This document shows, one piece after another, positions 1 to 9,718 of a stretch of 64,000 bases of DNA. Under the pieces are notes generated by a model, which saw only the letters and a program-made list of their open reading frames with translations, was not told where the DNA came from and did no database searches. The stretch's first letter is position 1; every line of letters begins with the position of its first letter. A program made the position numbers and the translations under genes. Where the stretch lies: NCBI GenBank assembly GCA_016840085.1, contig JAEOTA010000073.1, positions 1 to 64,000 on the forward strand, read 5' to 3'. The DNA is from Promethearchaeota archaeon (GTDB taxonomy: Archaea; Asgardarchaeota; Lokiarchaeia; Sigyniarchaeales; SOKP01).

Positions 1-623
1 AGCCTACTCCCGAACCTGAACCAGAGCCAATATATGAACCTACTCCCGAACCTGAACCAGAGCCCGTATATGAACCTACTCCCGAACCTGAACCAGAGCC
101 CGTATATGAGCCTACTCCCGAACCTGAGCCAGAGCCAATATATGAGCCTACTCCCGAACCTGAACCAGAGCCAATATATGAACCTACCCCAGAACCAGAA
201 CCAGAGCCAATATATGAGCCTACTCCTGAACCTGAACCAGAACCAATATATGAACCTACCCCAGAACCTGAACCCGTATATGAACCTGCTCCAGAACCTG
301 AACCAGAGCCAATATATGAACCTACTCCCGAACCTGAACCTGAACCCGTATATGAACCTGTTCCTGAACCTGAACCAGAACCAATATATGAACCTACTCC
401 CGAACCTGAACCTGAACCCGTATATGAACCTGTTCCTGAACCTGAACCAGAGCCAATATATGAACCTACTCCCGAACCTGAACCAGAGCCCGTATATGAG
501 CCTACCCCAGAACCTGAACCAGAGCCAATATATGAGCCTACCCCAGAACCTGAACCAGAGCCAATATATGAGCCTACCCCTGAACCTGAACCAATATATG
601 AGCCTACCCCAGAACCAGAGCCA
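1..623. repeat. Coding tandem repeat, 36-bp unit (two 30-bp variants), about 17 copies
   Basis: Direct inspection: GARCCTACYCCNGAACCTGAACCAGAGCCMRTATAT repeated head to tail with no spacers. Confidence 0.95.
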
Positions 624-692
624 GAGGAAAAACCTAAAGAAGATGAAAATATAGAGGAAGAAACAGGCGAAACCGAATCTTTAGAAGAATAA
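1..692 (+). CDS. 5'-truncated Pro/Glu-rich tandem-repeat protein, ([10 protein letters not shown][IV]Y)n with acidic tail; frame starts at nt 3
   Basis: The frame from nt 3 reads [24 protein letters not shown]...[22 protein letters not shown] to TAA at 690-692. Unit-to-unit changes are mostly synonymous in this frame (GAA/GAG, CCT/CCC/CCA), so the listed 34..654 ORF is a shadow frame. Confidence 0.85.
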   Translation, partial: PTPEPEPEPIYEPTPEPEPEPVYEPTPEPEPEPVYEPTPEPEPEPIYEPTPEPEPEPIYEPTPEPEPEPIYEPTPEPEPEPIYEPTPEPEPVYEPAPEPEPEPIYEPTPEPEPEPVYEPVPEPEPEPIYEPTPEPEPEPVYEPVPEPEPEPIYEPTPEPEPEPVYEPTPEPEPEPIYEPTPEPEPEPIYEPTPEPEPIYEPTPEPEPEEKPKEDENIEEETGETESLEE

Positions 693-787
693 GGAAATAG
701 TTTAGCGGGACTAACGATTAGAGGTATGTAACTTCCAAAAGAGGGAAGCAATTAATTAACAAGAGAAAAATTAGATGAATTGAGAAA

Positions 788-1948
788 TTAAAGATTATTA
801 TTTAAAGGGTAAACTCCATAAGAATTTACTGCTTCAATCATCCACTTTAAGCGATCAACAGAAATACCCGGGTGAAAATTAGCAGGAGATAGCATATATC
901 CTCCACCGTGTCCCAATGCGTTTATAGCATTCTGTACAGCTTGTTTAACTTCATCTTTCGTGGCATCTACTAAAATGTGTCTCGTATCAATATTTCCTGA
1001 TAAGCACAATTTATCTCCAACTTTTTTTTTAACTAGAACTGGATCAACAAAAGGTGGTTCTAGGCATTGGAGCCCATCAAAACCAGAGTCTACTATGAAA
1101 TCTAAGAGGCTTGTGATATCTCCGTCAGTGTGAAGAATAAATTTTCCACCCCAATCATGGATTGCATTTGAAACTTCTTGGAAGCATGGCAATAGATATT
1201 TATAAAAATATTTTGGATTAATCATAGGACCTCCTTTATGAGCTATATCACCTCCTTCAAGAAAGATCTTAGCTCCACAATCTGAGTATGCTTTAAAAAC
1301 AGTTAAGACAAAATCAGTACAAAATCGGAATCGTTCTTCGATTAGTTTTGGATCATTTTTCAACGCCCGAGCAAAATAATTCATTCCCATTCCTTGCCAT
1401 ACAGGAGGAAATGTAGAAGTTAACGCATTTTGAGCTATAATACAAATCTCATCCTTGATATCACGGCACTTTCTTAAGACTCCTTTATAAAACTTTTTTG
1501 CTTTTTTGTATTCTTCTTTCAAATCAGGTTTAGGGTATGCTTCCCAATCTTCTCGGTTTTTTATGCATCCTCCATAGTAGTCTGGGTATGGATTTCCATC
1601 AATATTCCTTACTTTATGCTTTTTTCCAAAGATATCTGTCATTTCAGTTCTACTTTCAAGGATGAATGGGATATATTGGATTCCCACACCATCAAATCCT
1701 AATTTATGACCTGCTCTAACAGCTTTTGCGAAGACAGAAATTTCAATATCATTGAGAATAGCGTTAATTCTAACAACCCAATCATCTGGATATTGTTTCT
1801 CTAGTTCATCAAAGATATCAAAAGCAGTTCTTTTTGGTCTCCCTAATATCTTATCAGCGACGTTTCCATCAATATTAATGGTATGGGTTGGAATTCTATC
1901 TGGTTCTTCAAGATTTAATGCGGTCCAAATTCGCTCATGTGAATTCAT
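788..1948 (-). CDS. Uroporphyrinogen decarboxylase / MtaA-CmuA methylcobamide methyltransferase family protein
   Basis: ERIWTAL..EEPDRIP N-terminus, GGDIAHKGGPMINP, LHTDGDI, LSGNID, GGGYMLSP motifs. Confidence 0.85.
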   Translation of the reverse strand: MNSHERIWTALNLEEPDRIPTHTINIDGNVADKILGRPKRTAFDIFDELEKQYPDDWVVRINAILNDIEISVFAKAVRAGHKLGFDGVGIQYIPFILESRTEMTDIFGKKHKVRNIDGNPYPDYYGGCIKNREDWEAYPKPDLKEEYKKAKKFYKGVLRKCRDIKDEICIIAQNALTSTFPPVWQGMGMNYFARALKNDPKLIEERFRFCTDFVLTVFKAYSDCGAKIFLEGGDIAHKGGPMINPKYFYKYLLPCFQEVSNAIHDWGGKFILHTDGDITSLLDFIVDSGFDGLQCLEPPFVDPVLVKKKVGDKLCLSGNIDTRHILVDATKDEVKQAVQNAINALGHGGGYMLSPANFHPGISVDRLKWMIEAVNSYGVYPLNNNL

Positions 1949-2155
1949 ATTTATATTCTCTATAATGTATTACTTATTAATCTATTTAAATCAGTAAATC
2001 AATCCTAAGAATTGAATACATAATCTATGTTTAAGTCTTATTTCTATACAAACTATTAAAATATGACTATTTAACTTTGGAATAGGTGTGCCAGTTCATT
2101 AATATTTTTTAAAAATAAAACATTTTTATTTATATAAACGCATAGGTATCTAATA

Positions 2156-2902
2156 ATGAGAGTTTTAATTAGTATTCGTTCTTTAGAGGAAGTTTTACCT
2201 GCTATAAGGGGGGGAGCAGATATTATTGATCTTAAGAATCCTAATGAAGGTTCCTTAGGAGCAGCTTTCCCTTGGATCATAAGTGAAATCAGGAATTATA
2301 ATAAAAATATGAAATTAAGTGTAGCAATAGGAGATATGCCAAATTTACCAGGAACAGCATCTCTTTCAGCACTAGGAGCGGCATCTTGCGGAGCTGATAT
2401 AATAAAGGTAGGGCTTCTTGGTCCACAAAGCGTAGAGGATGGAATTTTTTTATTAAAAAAAGTTGTAAAGGCAGTAAAAGATTATGATCCCAATATCTTA
2501 GTTGTAGGCGCAGGGTATGCTGATTCTAGTAGTTTTAATGGAATTGATCCTATGAAGATACCCATAGTTTGTAGAACAGCAGGTGCAGATTTCGCTATGT
2601 TAGATACTTTATCAAAAGAGGGGACAACTCTTTTTAATTTCCTTAATCTTACAGAATTAAAATTATTTGTAAATCAAGGTCATAAATTAGGATTATTATG
2701 TGCATTAGCAGGATCACTTAAATTAGAACATATAAAGACAATTCATCAATTAGGAACAGATGTAATTGGATTTAGAGGTGCTGCTTGTAGCGGAAATGAT
2801 AGAAAATCAGGAGTAGTAACATTTGAAAGGGTCAAAAAAATTATGAATACTGCTAAAAAACTGACAGATGAAAACAGCCATTTGATAATGAAAACTATGT
2901 AA
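2156..2902 (+). CDS. mfnB: (5-formylfuran-3-yl)methyl phosphate synthase (methanofuran biosynthesis)
   Basis: GGADIIDLKNPNEGSLGA, SVAIGD, IIKVGL, MLDT..K, ALAGSL, GFRGAAC..R signature. Confidence 0.9.
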   Translation: MRVLISIRSLEEVLPAIRGGADIIDLKNPNEGSLGAAFPWIISEIRNYNKNMKLSVAIGDMPNLPGTASLSALGAASCGADIIKVGLLGPQSVEDGIFLLKKVVKAVKDYDPNILVVGAGYADSSSFNGIDPMKIPIVCRTAGADFAMLDTLSKEGTTLFNFLNLTELKLFVNQGHKLGLLCALAGSLKLEHIKTIHQLGTDVIGFRGAACSGNDRKSGVVTFERVKKIMNTAKKLTDENSHLIMKTM

Positions 2903-3088
2903 TTTCAAAAATGACAGTTCCACCATTAGTATAAGGTTTTCCAGGAACAAGGTATTTATCTATTTTTTCAAAAAAGTTCACTCTAAAAATGATATTACTA
3001 ATTGATTTAAATTAGTATTATACAACATGAAAATTAAATATAAGAAATCTATTATTTATATAATAAAAATCAAGGTTCTCAAATTATC

Positions 3089-3472
3089 ATGATTAAAGCA
3101 GTTTTAGTCTGTGATTCTCAAGGTTACCCCTTCTACTCTAATAAAATGGATCCAAGCATAGGCGATATAGAACCCGCAATTTTTAGTGGTTTGATTTCGG
3201 CTATAGGAGCCATAGGGAAGCAGTTATTTAAGGAGGACATTGCACGAATTTCTTATGGCGAGAAATATGAAATAGGTATTATTACGAAAGAATTGTATGG
3301 AGATAAGAAGGTAATTTATTTTGTTTTTTTAATTGAAGGAGAACCAGATCTTTCATTAATGAAGAAGCTAAGCACTAATATATTCATTGAAACTAAACAT
3401 GTTTTAAAAGATCCACTTTCTGCTCAGTTGGATATTAAAGAAAAAATAGACAAAATATTAGCAAATTTATGA
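3089..3472 (+). CDS. Stand-alone longin-like domain protein
   Basis: IKAVLVCDSQGYPFYS...IFSGLISAIGAIGKQLF pattern typical of Asgard longin/roadblock-like folds. Confidence 0.65.
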   Translation: MIKAVLVCDSQGYPFYSNKMDPSIGDIEPAIFSGLISAIGAIGKQLFKEDIARISYGEKYEIGIITKELYGDKKVIYFVFLIEGEPDLSLMKKLSTNIFIETKHVLKDPLSAQLDIKEKIDKILANL

Positions 3473-3479
3473 TCTTGAA

Positions 3480-4205
3480 TTAAAATTGTAATGTTTTGCC
3501 AACTGTACCAATAATACATTTTTCACCAAATTGTTTTTTATAGATATTAGTATCCTTAGTACAATGACATATAATTATAGAACGGATGTAAGGGTTTATA
3601 GACTGAGCTTCTTTATCCTCAAATTTAAAACCATGTAACCCTCCAATGATATGTAATGGAGTCTTAACAGGAATTCCTAATTTCTCTCGATCATTTAAAA
3701 AATCGAGTAATCCTGGGTGGCAACAACCACATATTAAAATATATGAATCTTTAGTTCGAATATAGCATGCATGCTCATATATTCCACCATAATCGAGAGA
3801 CATATAGGCATTGGTAATATAGATTTCTTCACCTAATTCTTCAAGTTGCCCACCTTCTTTAACTATAATTTTATTTTTAGGAGGGATTGGAATTCCTTTA
3901 TGCTTAACTGGTTTTTCCCAAAACTTGTGAACATAGACTGGCAAATTTTTATTCAATTTTAAGATAGCAGGTAAACCATCTGTATGGTCATAATGATTAT
4001 GGCTAAGAATAACTGCATCGATTGATGATAAGTTTATACCAAAATTAGTTAGATTTGCGATTAAAACATCCTCTTTTGTGCCCGAGTCAAATAATATTTT
4101 CTTATTATTTACCTCTAAAAGTGCTGAAAATCCAAAAGATTTTATATATCCTGACTCCACTCCACCCAAATCATCATAAAGTATTGTTATTTTAATTTCT
4201 TGAAT
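3480..4205 (-). CDS. MBL-fold metallo-hydrolase; probable ATT start at 4205
   Basis: GFSALLE, ILFDSG, LSHNHYDHTDGL, GCCHPG, GGLH, CHCT. The family N-terminal strand EIKITILYDD lies upstream of the TTG at 4169, after SD GAGGTGA. Confidence 0.85.
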   Translation of the reverse strand: MQEIKITILYDDLGGVESGYIKSFGFSALLEVNNKKILFDSGTKEDVLIANLTNFGINLSSIDAVILSHNHYDHTDGLPAILKLNKNLPVYVHKFWEKPVKHKGIPIPPKNKIIVKEGGQLEELGEEIYITNAYMSLDYGGIYEHACYIRTKDSYILICGCCHPGLLDFLNDREKLGIPVKTPLHIIGGLHGFKFEDKEAQSINPYIRSIIICHCTKDTNIYKKQFGEKCIIGTVGKTLQF

Positions 4206-4238
4206 AATATCACCTCGAACTAATTTAATTCTTAAAAA

Positions 4239-4988
4239 TTACGATTTTATTAACTTAATAAACATCCAAGCTAGATAAGGTTTAATTTCAATTTTGTTAA
4301 AGGATGTGTGAGATATAACTTTAATTATTTCATCAGCAGTATAAGCTGCTTTTAGTGAACCTAAAGGTTCGTTAATGTTCTTTAAAGGTTTAGGAACAAC
4401 AATTTTAGTGGCAAATGTTAATAATCCATAAAAAAACTTTCTTGAATTCCTACGAAAATCAAAAATAAGACAAGTTCCATTCTCTTTTAATACTCGATAA
4501 ATCTCTTTAAATACATTTATTGGCTCTGACCAGTGATGTAAGGAGAATGTACTGACAATAAAATCCATTGAATTGTCTGGAAAAGGTATATCTTCTACAT
4601 TTCCAAGTTTAAAAGTAATTTTACTATCAAAAGAGTGCTCTTTAGCTCGTTTTTCTGCGAGAGAAATTATTTCATTTGATACATCTATAGCGATAAGATC
4701 GAGATTTGGAAAAGCTTTAGCAATTTGAATAATTAGATTACCTGAACCACACCCCAGATCCATTAAATTGCCTATAGGATTTATTTTTTTTATTTGAGAT
4801 ATTACATTTTTTCTTAATATTTTAAAAGGAGGTGTTCTAGCCATTCTTTCAAAGGATTTTGCTATTTCTGGAGCATCAATTCCTTCTATACTCGGAACTC
4901 TTTTATTATTTTTTCGTGGTAATGATAGAATTAAAAATAGAATTATACAGACTCCCAATATTATAAGAAAAATCTGCCAGATTTCCAT
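4239..4988 (-). CDS. Class I SAM-dependent methyltransferase with N-terminal TM anchor
   Basis: MDLGCGSG, PFPDNSMD, SLHHW, RVLKENG; hydrophobic N-terminus. Confidence 0.9.
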   Translation of the reverse strand: MEIWQIFLIILGVCIILFLILSLPRKNNKRVPSIEGIDAPEIAKSFERMARTPPFKILRKNVISQIKKINPIGNLMDLGCGSGNLIIQIAKAFPNLDLIAIDVSNEIISLAEKRAKEHSFDSKITFKLGNVEDIPFPDNSMDFIVSTFSLHHWSEPINVFKEIYRVLKENGTCLIFDFRRNSRKFFYGLLTFATKIVVPKPLKNINEPLGSLKAAYTADEIIKVISHTSFNKIEIKPYLAWMFIKLIKS

Positions 4989-5057
4989 GGGTTCAATAAT
5001 TACTAAAGCAATTTAAAGAATATTAAATTATCAAAAATAATTAATCTAAGTGATTTT

Positions 5058-6224
5058 ATGAACTTAGAAGAATTAAAAAAAGAAATAAAAAGGATAGTAT
5101 TAGACACAGATGCTAAATTAGTCGGAATTGGGAGCAGAGAACGACTTAAAGACGTGCCTCCCTCAGGAAATATGGATTATTGCTTATCAGGAGCCCAAAG
5201 CTGTATTGTATGGGCAGTTCCCAATCCAATTGAAGCACTTGAAAATTACTTTTCTAAAAAGGAAAGAATGAGTCTTAAGAGAGCCCAGCAAATTGGATAT
5301 GCAGGTTCGTGGAGGACAGCTGTAATTGTTTCAAAATTCATCGAGGAAAATACAGAGTATAAGGCTTTTCCCGTCATACCTAATGCGAAATATAGACCTA
5401 GAGAAGATTTACCTGACTATATTAAAGGTGATATACGTTATCCCGATTTTTCGCTTAGATATGGAGCAGTTGCAGCAGGATTAGGACATTTAGGATGGTC
5501 AGGAAATTTAGTGACTAAAGAATATGGTGGTTCACTTTATTTAGGAGGTGTCTTGACCACTGCGCCTCTTGTACCCGACCCAATGGCAAAAGAGAATCAT
5601 TGTAATAAATGTAAGCTTTGTACTAAAGTGTGTACAACAGGATATTTTTCTGTGGATGAAGAAGAAGATATGCAACCTGTTATTATTGGGCGATACAAAG
5701 AAATATACGCACAAAGGGGGACGTTTTCTCAGTGCGGGATTGGTTGTGCGGGATGGTATGGTTTATCAGACGACGGTACGTGGAGTACCTGGACACCAGG
5801 TCATATTTGCTTAAAAGAGTTTTCATTAGAAAAATGGTACGACAGAAATTTTCGCAGGGATTTATATGCAAAGATCTTTTCAGCTGAAGATATACCCGAA
5901 AATATAAAAAAGTTCAATCAAACAATAGCAAAATCTTTTGGGAAAGCAGGTGCTATGGAAAATGTAGGGTTGCGCCCTTTCACGGATACAAATCCCCGAT
6001 GCGGAAACTGTAATTTTATTTGTGTAGCTGATCCTAAAAAAAGAAAAGAACTTTATACTATGCTTATTAATTCTGGAAAAGTTTACCTTGATGAAAATGG
6101 ACGGGAATATGTTAAGAAATTGAAGGAAGAAGGAGAAGAAATTATCTATTATCCTCCAACTGAAGAAGAATTTTTCACAAAAGAAGAATTTGACGAAATT
6201 GATGGAATAAGAAAAATAAAATAA
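5058..6224 (+). CDS. Epoxyqueuosine reductase / reductive dehalogenase-like cobalamin Fe-S protein
   Basis: FSLRYGAVAAGLGHLGWSGNLVT, LGGVLTTAPL.PDP, CNKCKLCTKVC, distal CGNCNFIC. Confidence 0.75.
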   Translation: MNLEELKKEIKRIVLDTDAKLVGIGSRERLKDVPPSGNMDYCLSGAQSCIVWAVPNPIEALENYFSKKERMSLKRAQQIGYAGSWRTAVIVSKFIEENTEYKAFPVIPNAKYRPREDLPDYIKGDIRYPDFSLRYGAVAAGLGHLGWSGNLVTKEYGGSLYLGGVLTTAPLVPDPMAKENHCNKCKLCTKVCTTGYFSVDEEEDMQPVIIGRYKEIYAQRGTFSQCGIGCAGWYGLSDDGTWSTWTPGHICLKEFSLEKWYDRNFRRDLYAKIFSAEDIPENIKKFNQTIAKSFGKAGAMENVGLRPFTDTNPRCGNCNFICVADPKKRKELYTMLINSGKVYLDENGREYVKKLKEEGEEIIYYPPTEEEFFTKEEFDEIDGIRKIK

Positions 6225-6394
6225 TTATTTTTAGACTCAATGAAAAAGATAAGTTATATTAAATAGAAGAATGGTTTGGACAAAAGATATCTAATAAGAG
6301 TAAAGCTTAAGAACTAAATTTTTCTATATTATTTATAAAAAGAAAGCTTTTTAATAACCTAAATATCATATCTCCAAAAATTAGTATAATCATA

Positions 6395-6544
6395 ATGGCA
6401 AAAAAGAAAGAGAATATCTCTGAAGATGAATTGGATGATTTACTCGATCAGGCTTTTGAAAAACAAGATATAATCCATCATAAATGCCAGATAAGAGACG
6501 ATCCTGCAAAAAAAACAAGCAGTATGGAAAGAAAAATACAGTAA
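6395..6544 (+). CDS. Small hypothetical protein (49 aa, MAKKKENISEDELDDLLDQAFEKQD...)
   Basis: ATG..TAA open frame with protein-like charged composition, in an otherwise empty gap and downstream of an AT-rich TATA-like tract. Confidence 0.5.
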   Translation: MAKKKENISEDELDDLLDQAFEKQDIIHHKCQIRDDPAKKTSSMERKIQ

Positions 6545-6642
6545 ATAATTAATTTTCTTATTTATAATTAACCAAGAAAGCCAGAATTTCTTGATTAAAT
6601 TATATTTTCATATTATTAATAATTTTTATTACTATCTGGATT

Positions 6643-7272
6643 ATGCCGAGAATTGAACCCTTTGAAAGATATCCTTCCAAATATGATCAATGGTTCATCA
6701 GAAATAAATACGCTTACAAATCTGAATTATTAGTAATAAAAAAACAACTTCCAAAAAGTAAAAATGGTGTTGAGATTGGAGTAGGGAGTGGTAGATTTGC
6801 GGCTCCTCTGGGTATTAAACTTGGGGTGGAACCATCTAGTAAGATGAGAATGCTTTCTAAAGAGAGAATGATAGATCTTATTGATTCTATCGCAGAAAAT
6901 CTGCCATTTAGGTGTTCTATATTTGATTTCGTATTAATGGTTACTACAATCTGTTTTATTGATGATATAGAAGTAGCATTTAAAGAAATATTTAAAATTT
7001 TAAAACCAGAAGGAATTTTTATAATTGGGTTCATTGATCGAAATAGTGCTATTGGAAAATTGTACGAAAAACATAAAGAGTCGAATGTTTTCTACAGTAT
7101 AGCAGATTTTTACTCTGTTGAAGAGGTTATATCTTTTCTAAGTAAGTCTAAATTTAAAAATTATAATTTTTGTCAGACGATTTTTCATCCTTTATCAGCT
7201 ATAAATAAAATTGAACAATTCAAAAAGGGGTATGGAAAAGGTTCGTTTGTGGTAATTAAAGCACAGAAATAA
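6643..7272 (+). CDS. Class I SAM-dependent methyltransferase
   Basis: GVEIGVGSGRFA, AENLPF, VTTICF, GYGKGSFVVI. Confidence 0.9.
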   Translation: MPRIEPFERYPSKYDQWFIRNKYAYKSELLVIKKQLPKSKNGVEIGVGSGRFAAPLGIKLGVEPSSKMRMLSKERMIDLIDSIAENLPFRCSIFDFVLMVTTICFIDDIEVAFKEIFKILKPEGIFIIGFIDRNSAIGKLYEKHKESNVFYSIADFYSVEEVISFLSKSKFKNYNFCQTIFHPLSAINKIEQFKKGYGKGSFVVIKAQK

Positions 7273-7360
7273 AATAAAATAAGTACCTAGAATATTATTT
7301 TTAAGTAAAATAGCAGCTTTGATGTATGCATAATTTTTCCTTAATATATTAATTTGATCT

Positions 7361-8131
7361 TTAATAGTCGTGAGGAATACCCTTGATATGTAAAAGTAGG
7401 TGCTTAAATCCCTCTAAATCTTTAATCCATCCATAATTTGCATCACATTTTGAATCTAAATCTTTGATATAAGGTTTAATATCAAGTAATGGTGTTCCGT
7501 CAAATACATCTAAACCTGTCGTGAGGATCTTATTTTCTAAAACTTGTTTTATCCGAACAATGCTAAGTCCTATAAAATTTGGCCGAACTGGAGATCTACT
7601 TGCGAATGTTCCTACTTCAAATCCTCCAGTCCAAGGGGGTGACACAATATTCTTTACTTCTCGCGATACTCGATGTGTATAATAAATCACATAGATATAA
7701 TGAAATTGATCGAGTTTATGAAGTCCTTCAGTATATTGGGGATCAACAATAATTTGAAAATTGCCTTGATCTTTTTCAATTGGTTGATATGGTGCATTAT
7801 TTTTATATGGTGTACGAATAACTCCAATCTGTTTTAATCCAAAAGTTTTTAATGATTTTAACTGTCTCGATACTGTCATCTTTTTTAGCTTTTCTACTTT
7901 CGCATTTGAACTTTTATATTTAACTTTTATCGCTCTTTTCTTTACTGATTCAAATTTTTTATTCATTTTATCAAACAATTGAATCGCATTTGTCAATTCT
8001 TTAGCTATGTCTTCAGAGATTGATATTTTAATTTTATCAATCCATTTTTTAATATCTTTTACATGTTGATTATTATGCATAATCCAGAAAGATAAAAGCT
8101 TATCTAACTTCTCAATATCTAAATTTTGTAT
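7361..8131 (-). CDS. trmO: TrmO/TsaA-like SAM-dependent methyltransferase with an N-terminal helical (W-x-x-H-N-x-x-H) domain; probable ATA start at 8131
   Basis: IGVIRTPY, GTFASRSPVRPNFIGLS, GLDVFDGTPLLDIKPY; upstream KLDKLLSFWIMHNNQH. Confidence 0.85.
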   Translation of the reverse strand: MQNLDIEKLDKLLSFWIMHNNQHVKDIKKWIDKIKISISEDIAKELTNAIQLFDKMNKKFESVKKRAIKVKYKSSNAKVEKLKKMTVSRQLKSLKTFGLKQIGVIRTPYKNNAPYQPIEKDQGNFQIIVDPQYTEGLHKLDQFHYIYVIYYTHRVSREVKNIVSPPWTGGFEVGTFASRSPVRPNFIGLSIVRIKQVLENKILTTGLDVFDGTPLLDIKPYIKDLDSKCDANYGWIKDLEGFKHLLLHIKGIPHDY

Positions 8132-8306
8132 TTGTATTACCTCTTTTTATAACTTTTAACTTAATTAAACAAAATTATGAAGAATTACTTTATGTAAATA
8201 AGTCATACAATTATACAACCTATGCGAGTTAAAATTTTTGGTATTTCAGGATAATTACTAAACGTGAAGATTATAAAGTTATTTTCACTCATTTGATGAT
8301 TTTTTA

Positions 8307-8798
8307 TTACCATATTGATTTTCTTCCCAATTTAATATCTAAGACAGGGGTTCCATCTATAGCATCTAAATTTTTAACGAATAGCGTAGTATCTTCAATC
8401 TTAATGAGTTCTACATTTGTAATCCCAATGCGAGACAAACGTTCTGGTGTTCTTGAGGCAAATATGCCTACTTTTTTACCATCAAGCCCTCGGGAAAAAG
8501 TAGAACGTATTTGACGCTGTTTATGAAAAAAATACACTACAGTAATCCATTTTTCATCTTTTAATCTATAAAGAAATGGTTCTTGGGACTTAAAAAGTAC
8601 GATTTCTGAAATTTCATGACGGCTTTCTTTAAGTCCAAATTTATGTCCTCGTGCTAGTTGATTCTTAACAAATCCTATTGGATAAATTTTATACGGTTTA
8701 TGATTATTGTATAGACATGAATGGCATACGAACTCACTATCAATTTTTTCAAGATAAGTTAAGTTTTTTTCTTTCTTACATTTATTACAAATTGGCAT
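8307..8798 (-). CDS. TrmO/TsaA-like protein with N-terminal CxxC..CxxC zinc knuckle
   Basis: IYPIGFVKN, GIFASRTPER, LDAIDGTPVLDIK; CNKC...CHSC. Confidence 0.8.
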   Translation of the reverse strand: MPICNKCKKEKNLTYLEKIDSEFVCHSCLYNNHKPYKIYPIGFVKNQLARGHKFGLKESRHEISEIVLFKSQEPFLYRLKDEKWITVVYFFHKQRQIRSTFSRGLDGKKVGIFASRTPERLSRIGITNVELIKIEDTTLFVKNLDAIDGTPVLDIKLGRKSIW

Positions 8799-8916
8799 AT
8801 AAACTTCAATTAAGTTAATATGAAATCATTTTAAGATTTTATTTATAAAAATTATTATTAAAATCGTTTTGATATGCTGTCAATGAGAATTAGAAAACCT
8901 TAGAAAGTTTTGAATC

Positions 8917-9666
8917 TTATAATAAACCTAGGCTCATTGCCATAACCACCATTCCAAGGAGAATTCCTATGATTGAAAGATGTTCAAATCCGCTTTCTCG
9001 AGAAGCGGGGAGTAATTCATCGAGAGATATATAAACCATAAAACCTCCCACAACTGCTAGCATGGTGCCTAATACAAAATCATTAATGAAAGGAAAGAGA
9101 ATCAAACCGACAATTAGGGCTCCAAGGGGTTCACTTACTCCTGATATGAATGACCAGAAAAAGGCTTTTTTTCTATCTTTAGTTGAGGTATAAATTGGGA
9201 CTGCAACTGCGATACCTTCAGGAATATTATGAAGTGCTATGGCAAAGCATAACATAATCCCGAGATCAACGTTTTTTAATGCGGCTACGAAGGTTGCCAT
9301 GCCTTCTGGAAAATTATGGATAAAAATACCAAGTGTGACTAATAGTGAGGTTTTTTGTATTTTATTTTTAGAATCACTTTTTTTATCTTCAAATTCGTAT
9401 TTATGTGAAATTGATACGTCGATTACTAGCATTAGAAACATTCCAATAAAGAAAAAAGTATGCCCTATCAAGAAAGTCGATGTTTCTATACCTTCTTGCA
9501 ATAACTCCACAAAAGAAATTAATATCATTACACCTGCAGAAAATCCCATGATGAGGGAAATGAACTTTTTACTAGGTTCTTTTACAATAATGGCAATAAC
9601 ACTACCTATAGTTGTAGATAAACCAGCGATTGAAGTTAAAATAAGTGCAAATAAAAAAGCTTCCAT
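8917..9666 (-). CDS. zupT: ZIP-family zinc transporter
   Basis: AGLSTTIG, GFSAGVM, IHNFPEG, IALHNIPEGIAVAVP, SLDELLP. Confidence 0.93.
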   Translation of the reverse strand: MEAFLFALILTSIAGLSTTIGSVIAIIVKEPSKKFISLIMGFSAGVMILISFVELLQEGIETSTFLIGHTFFFIGMFLMLVIDVSISHKYEFEDKKSDSKNKIQKTSLLVTLGIFIHNFPEGMATFVAALKNVDLGIMLCFAIALHNIPEGIAVAVPIYTSTKDRKKAFFWSFISGVSEPLGALIVGLILFPFINDFVLGTMLAVVGGFMVYISLDELLPASRESGFEHLSIIGILLGMVVMAMSLGLL

Positions 9667-9718
9667 AATAATTACCCATATAAAAAAAATATCTGCTTAT
9701 TTAGACATATTTTATTTT

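Noticed and set aside
1-623. 36-bp periodicity resembling a CRISPR array
   Set aside because: Units are contiguous with no unique spacers, vary at codon wobble positions, and no cas genes are present.
34-654. Listed N/Q/L-rich 206-aa ORF (prion-like appearance)
   Set aside because: Shadow frame of the repeat. Variation is synonymous in the Pro/Glu frame but non-synonymous here.
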